From Laetmonice hystrix (Eukaryota), in assembly GCA_965235115.1 (NCBI GenBank), contig OZ249438.1, positions 19,282,001 through 19,346,000 of the forward strand: DNA of 64,000 bases, in the 5' to 3' direction. Positions within the stretch are counted from its first letter, which is position 1; each line of letters begins with the position of its first letter. The translations under genes and the position numbers were made by a program. Positions 62,472 through 64,000 of this stretch are shown piece by piece. The notes under the pieces are model-generated. The model was not told the origin of the DNA. It saw only the letters and a list, made by a program, of their open reading frames with translations, and did not search any database.

Positions 62472-64000
62472 ATCTCACACCCAGGGCAGATGGTATGTTA
62501 GAGGTCGTTATCCTGCCCTGTCAGGTCCCCAATATCACACCCAGGGCAGATGGTATGTTAGAGGTCGTTATCCTGCCCTGTCAGGTCCCCAATATCACAC
62601 CCAGGGCAGATGGTATGTTAGAGGTCGTTATCCTGCCCTGTCAGGTCCCCAATCTCACACCCAGGGCAGATGGTATGTTACAGGTCGTTATCCTGCCCTG
62701 TCAGGTCCCCAATCTCACACCAAGGGCAGATGGTATGTTACAGGTCGTTATCCTGCCCTGTCAGGTCCCCAATATCACACCCAGGGCAGATGGTATGTTA
62801 CAGGTCGTTATCCTGCCCTGTCAGGTCCCCAATCTCACACCCAGGGCAGATGGTATGTTACAGGTCGTTATCCTGCCCTGTCAGGTCCCCAATCTCACAC
62901 CCAGGGCAGATGGTATGTCAGGGGGTCGTTACCCTGCCCTGTCAGGTCCCCAATCTCACACCCAGGGCAGATGGTATGTTAGGGGTCGTTATCCTGCCCT
63001 GTCAGGTCCCCAATCTCACACTAGGGCAGATGGTATGTTCGAGGTCGTTATCCTGCCCTGCCAGGTCCCCAATCTCACACCCAGGGCAGATGGTATGTTA
63101 CAGGTCGTTATCCTGCCCTGTCAGGTCCCCAATCTCACACCCAGGGCAGATGGTATGTCAGGGGGTCGTTACCCTGCCCTGTCAGGTCCCCAATCTCACA
63201 CCAAGGGCAGATGGTATGTTAAGGGGTCGTTACCCTGCCCTGTCAGGTCCCCAATCTCACACCCAGGGCAGATGGTATGTTAGAGGTCGTTACCCTGCCC
63301 TGTCAGGTCCCCAATCTCACACCCAGGGCAGATGGTATGTTAGGGGGTCGTTACCCTGCCCTGTCAGGTCCCCAATCTCACACTAGGGCAGATAGTATGT
63401 TCGAGGTCGTTATCCTGCCCTGCCAGGTCCCCAATCTCACACCCAGGGCAGATGGTATGTCAGGGGTCGTTATCCTGCCCTGTCAGGTCCCCAATCTCAC
63501 ACCCAGGGCAGATGGTATGTTAGAGGTCGTTACCCTGCCCTGTCAGGTCCCCAATCTCACACCCAGGGCAGATGGTATGTTAGGGGGTCGTTATCCTGCC
63601 CTGTCAGGTCCCCAATCTCACACCCAGGGCAGATCATGGTATGTTAGAGGTCGTTATCCTGCCCTGTCAGGTCCCCAATCTCACACCCAGGGCAGATGGT
63701 ATGTTAGAGGTCGTTACCCTGCCCTGTCAGGTCCCCAATCTCACACCCAGGGCAGATGGCATGTTAGAGGTCGTTATCCTACCCTGTCAGGTCCCCAATC
63801 TCACACCCAGGGCAGATGGTATGTTAGAGGTCGTTATCCTGCCCTGTCAGGTCCCCAATCTCACACCCAGGGCAGATGGTATGTTAGAGGTCGTTATCCT
63901 GCCCTGTCAGGTCCCCAATCTCACACCCAGGGCAGATCATGGTATATTAGAGGTCGTTACCCTGCCCTGTCAGGTCCCCAATCTCACACCCAGGGCAGAT
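62472..64000. repeat. 60-bp minisatellite, ~25 copies, runs off the window end
   Basis: ctcacacccagggcagatggtatgttagaggtcgttatcctgccctgtcaggtccccaat in tandem, with 60-64 bp variants. Confidence 0.97.

Noticed and set aside
62441-64000. CRISPR-like appearance (hairpin-bearing repeats at regular spacing) and ORFs 62441-63283 / 62670-63386
   Set aside because: Units are contiguous near-identical copies with no unique spacers, no cas genes, and a eukaryotic context; the ORFs are by-products of a 3n unit length.

Overview
Eukaryotic (probably invertebrate animal) genomic DNA, not prokaryotic. Positions ~4.0-49.6 kb hold one intron-rich + strand gene for an axonemal dynein heavy chain. I read 73 GT-AG coding exons totalling ~13.0 kb (~4,340 codons) with consistent splice phases, running from the N-terminal tail through AAA1-AAA5, the stalk and into AAA6. 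From recalled human sequences it resembles DNAH14 more than DNAH6 (not database-checked). Its last ~500-600 aa are not seen in the remaining 14 kb. RFX X-box motifs lie upstream. The introns carry a structurally complete but coding-dead 6.1-kb DIRS1-like tyrosine-recombinase retrotransposon (ITRs, ICR, gag, RT/RNase H, methyltransferase-like, YR), a 5'-truncated poly(A)-tailed CR1/L2-group LINE inserted into a minisatellite, TTAA-flanked (Kolobok-like) and CAG-flanked (Harbinger-like) MITEs, and many minisatellites. The most unusual signal is that several minisatellites are tandem amplifications of the gene's own splice junctions. One is a 63-bp array (17 donor copies) whose units form frame-preserving AG|45 nt|GT cassettes, a latent micro-exon array. 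Exon coordinates were read by eye and may be off by a few bases.
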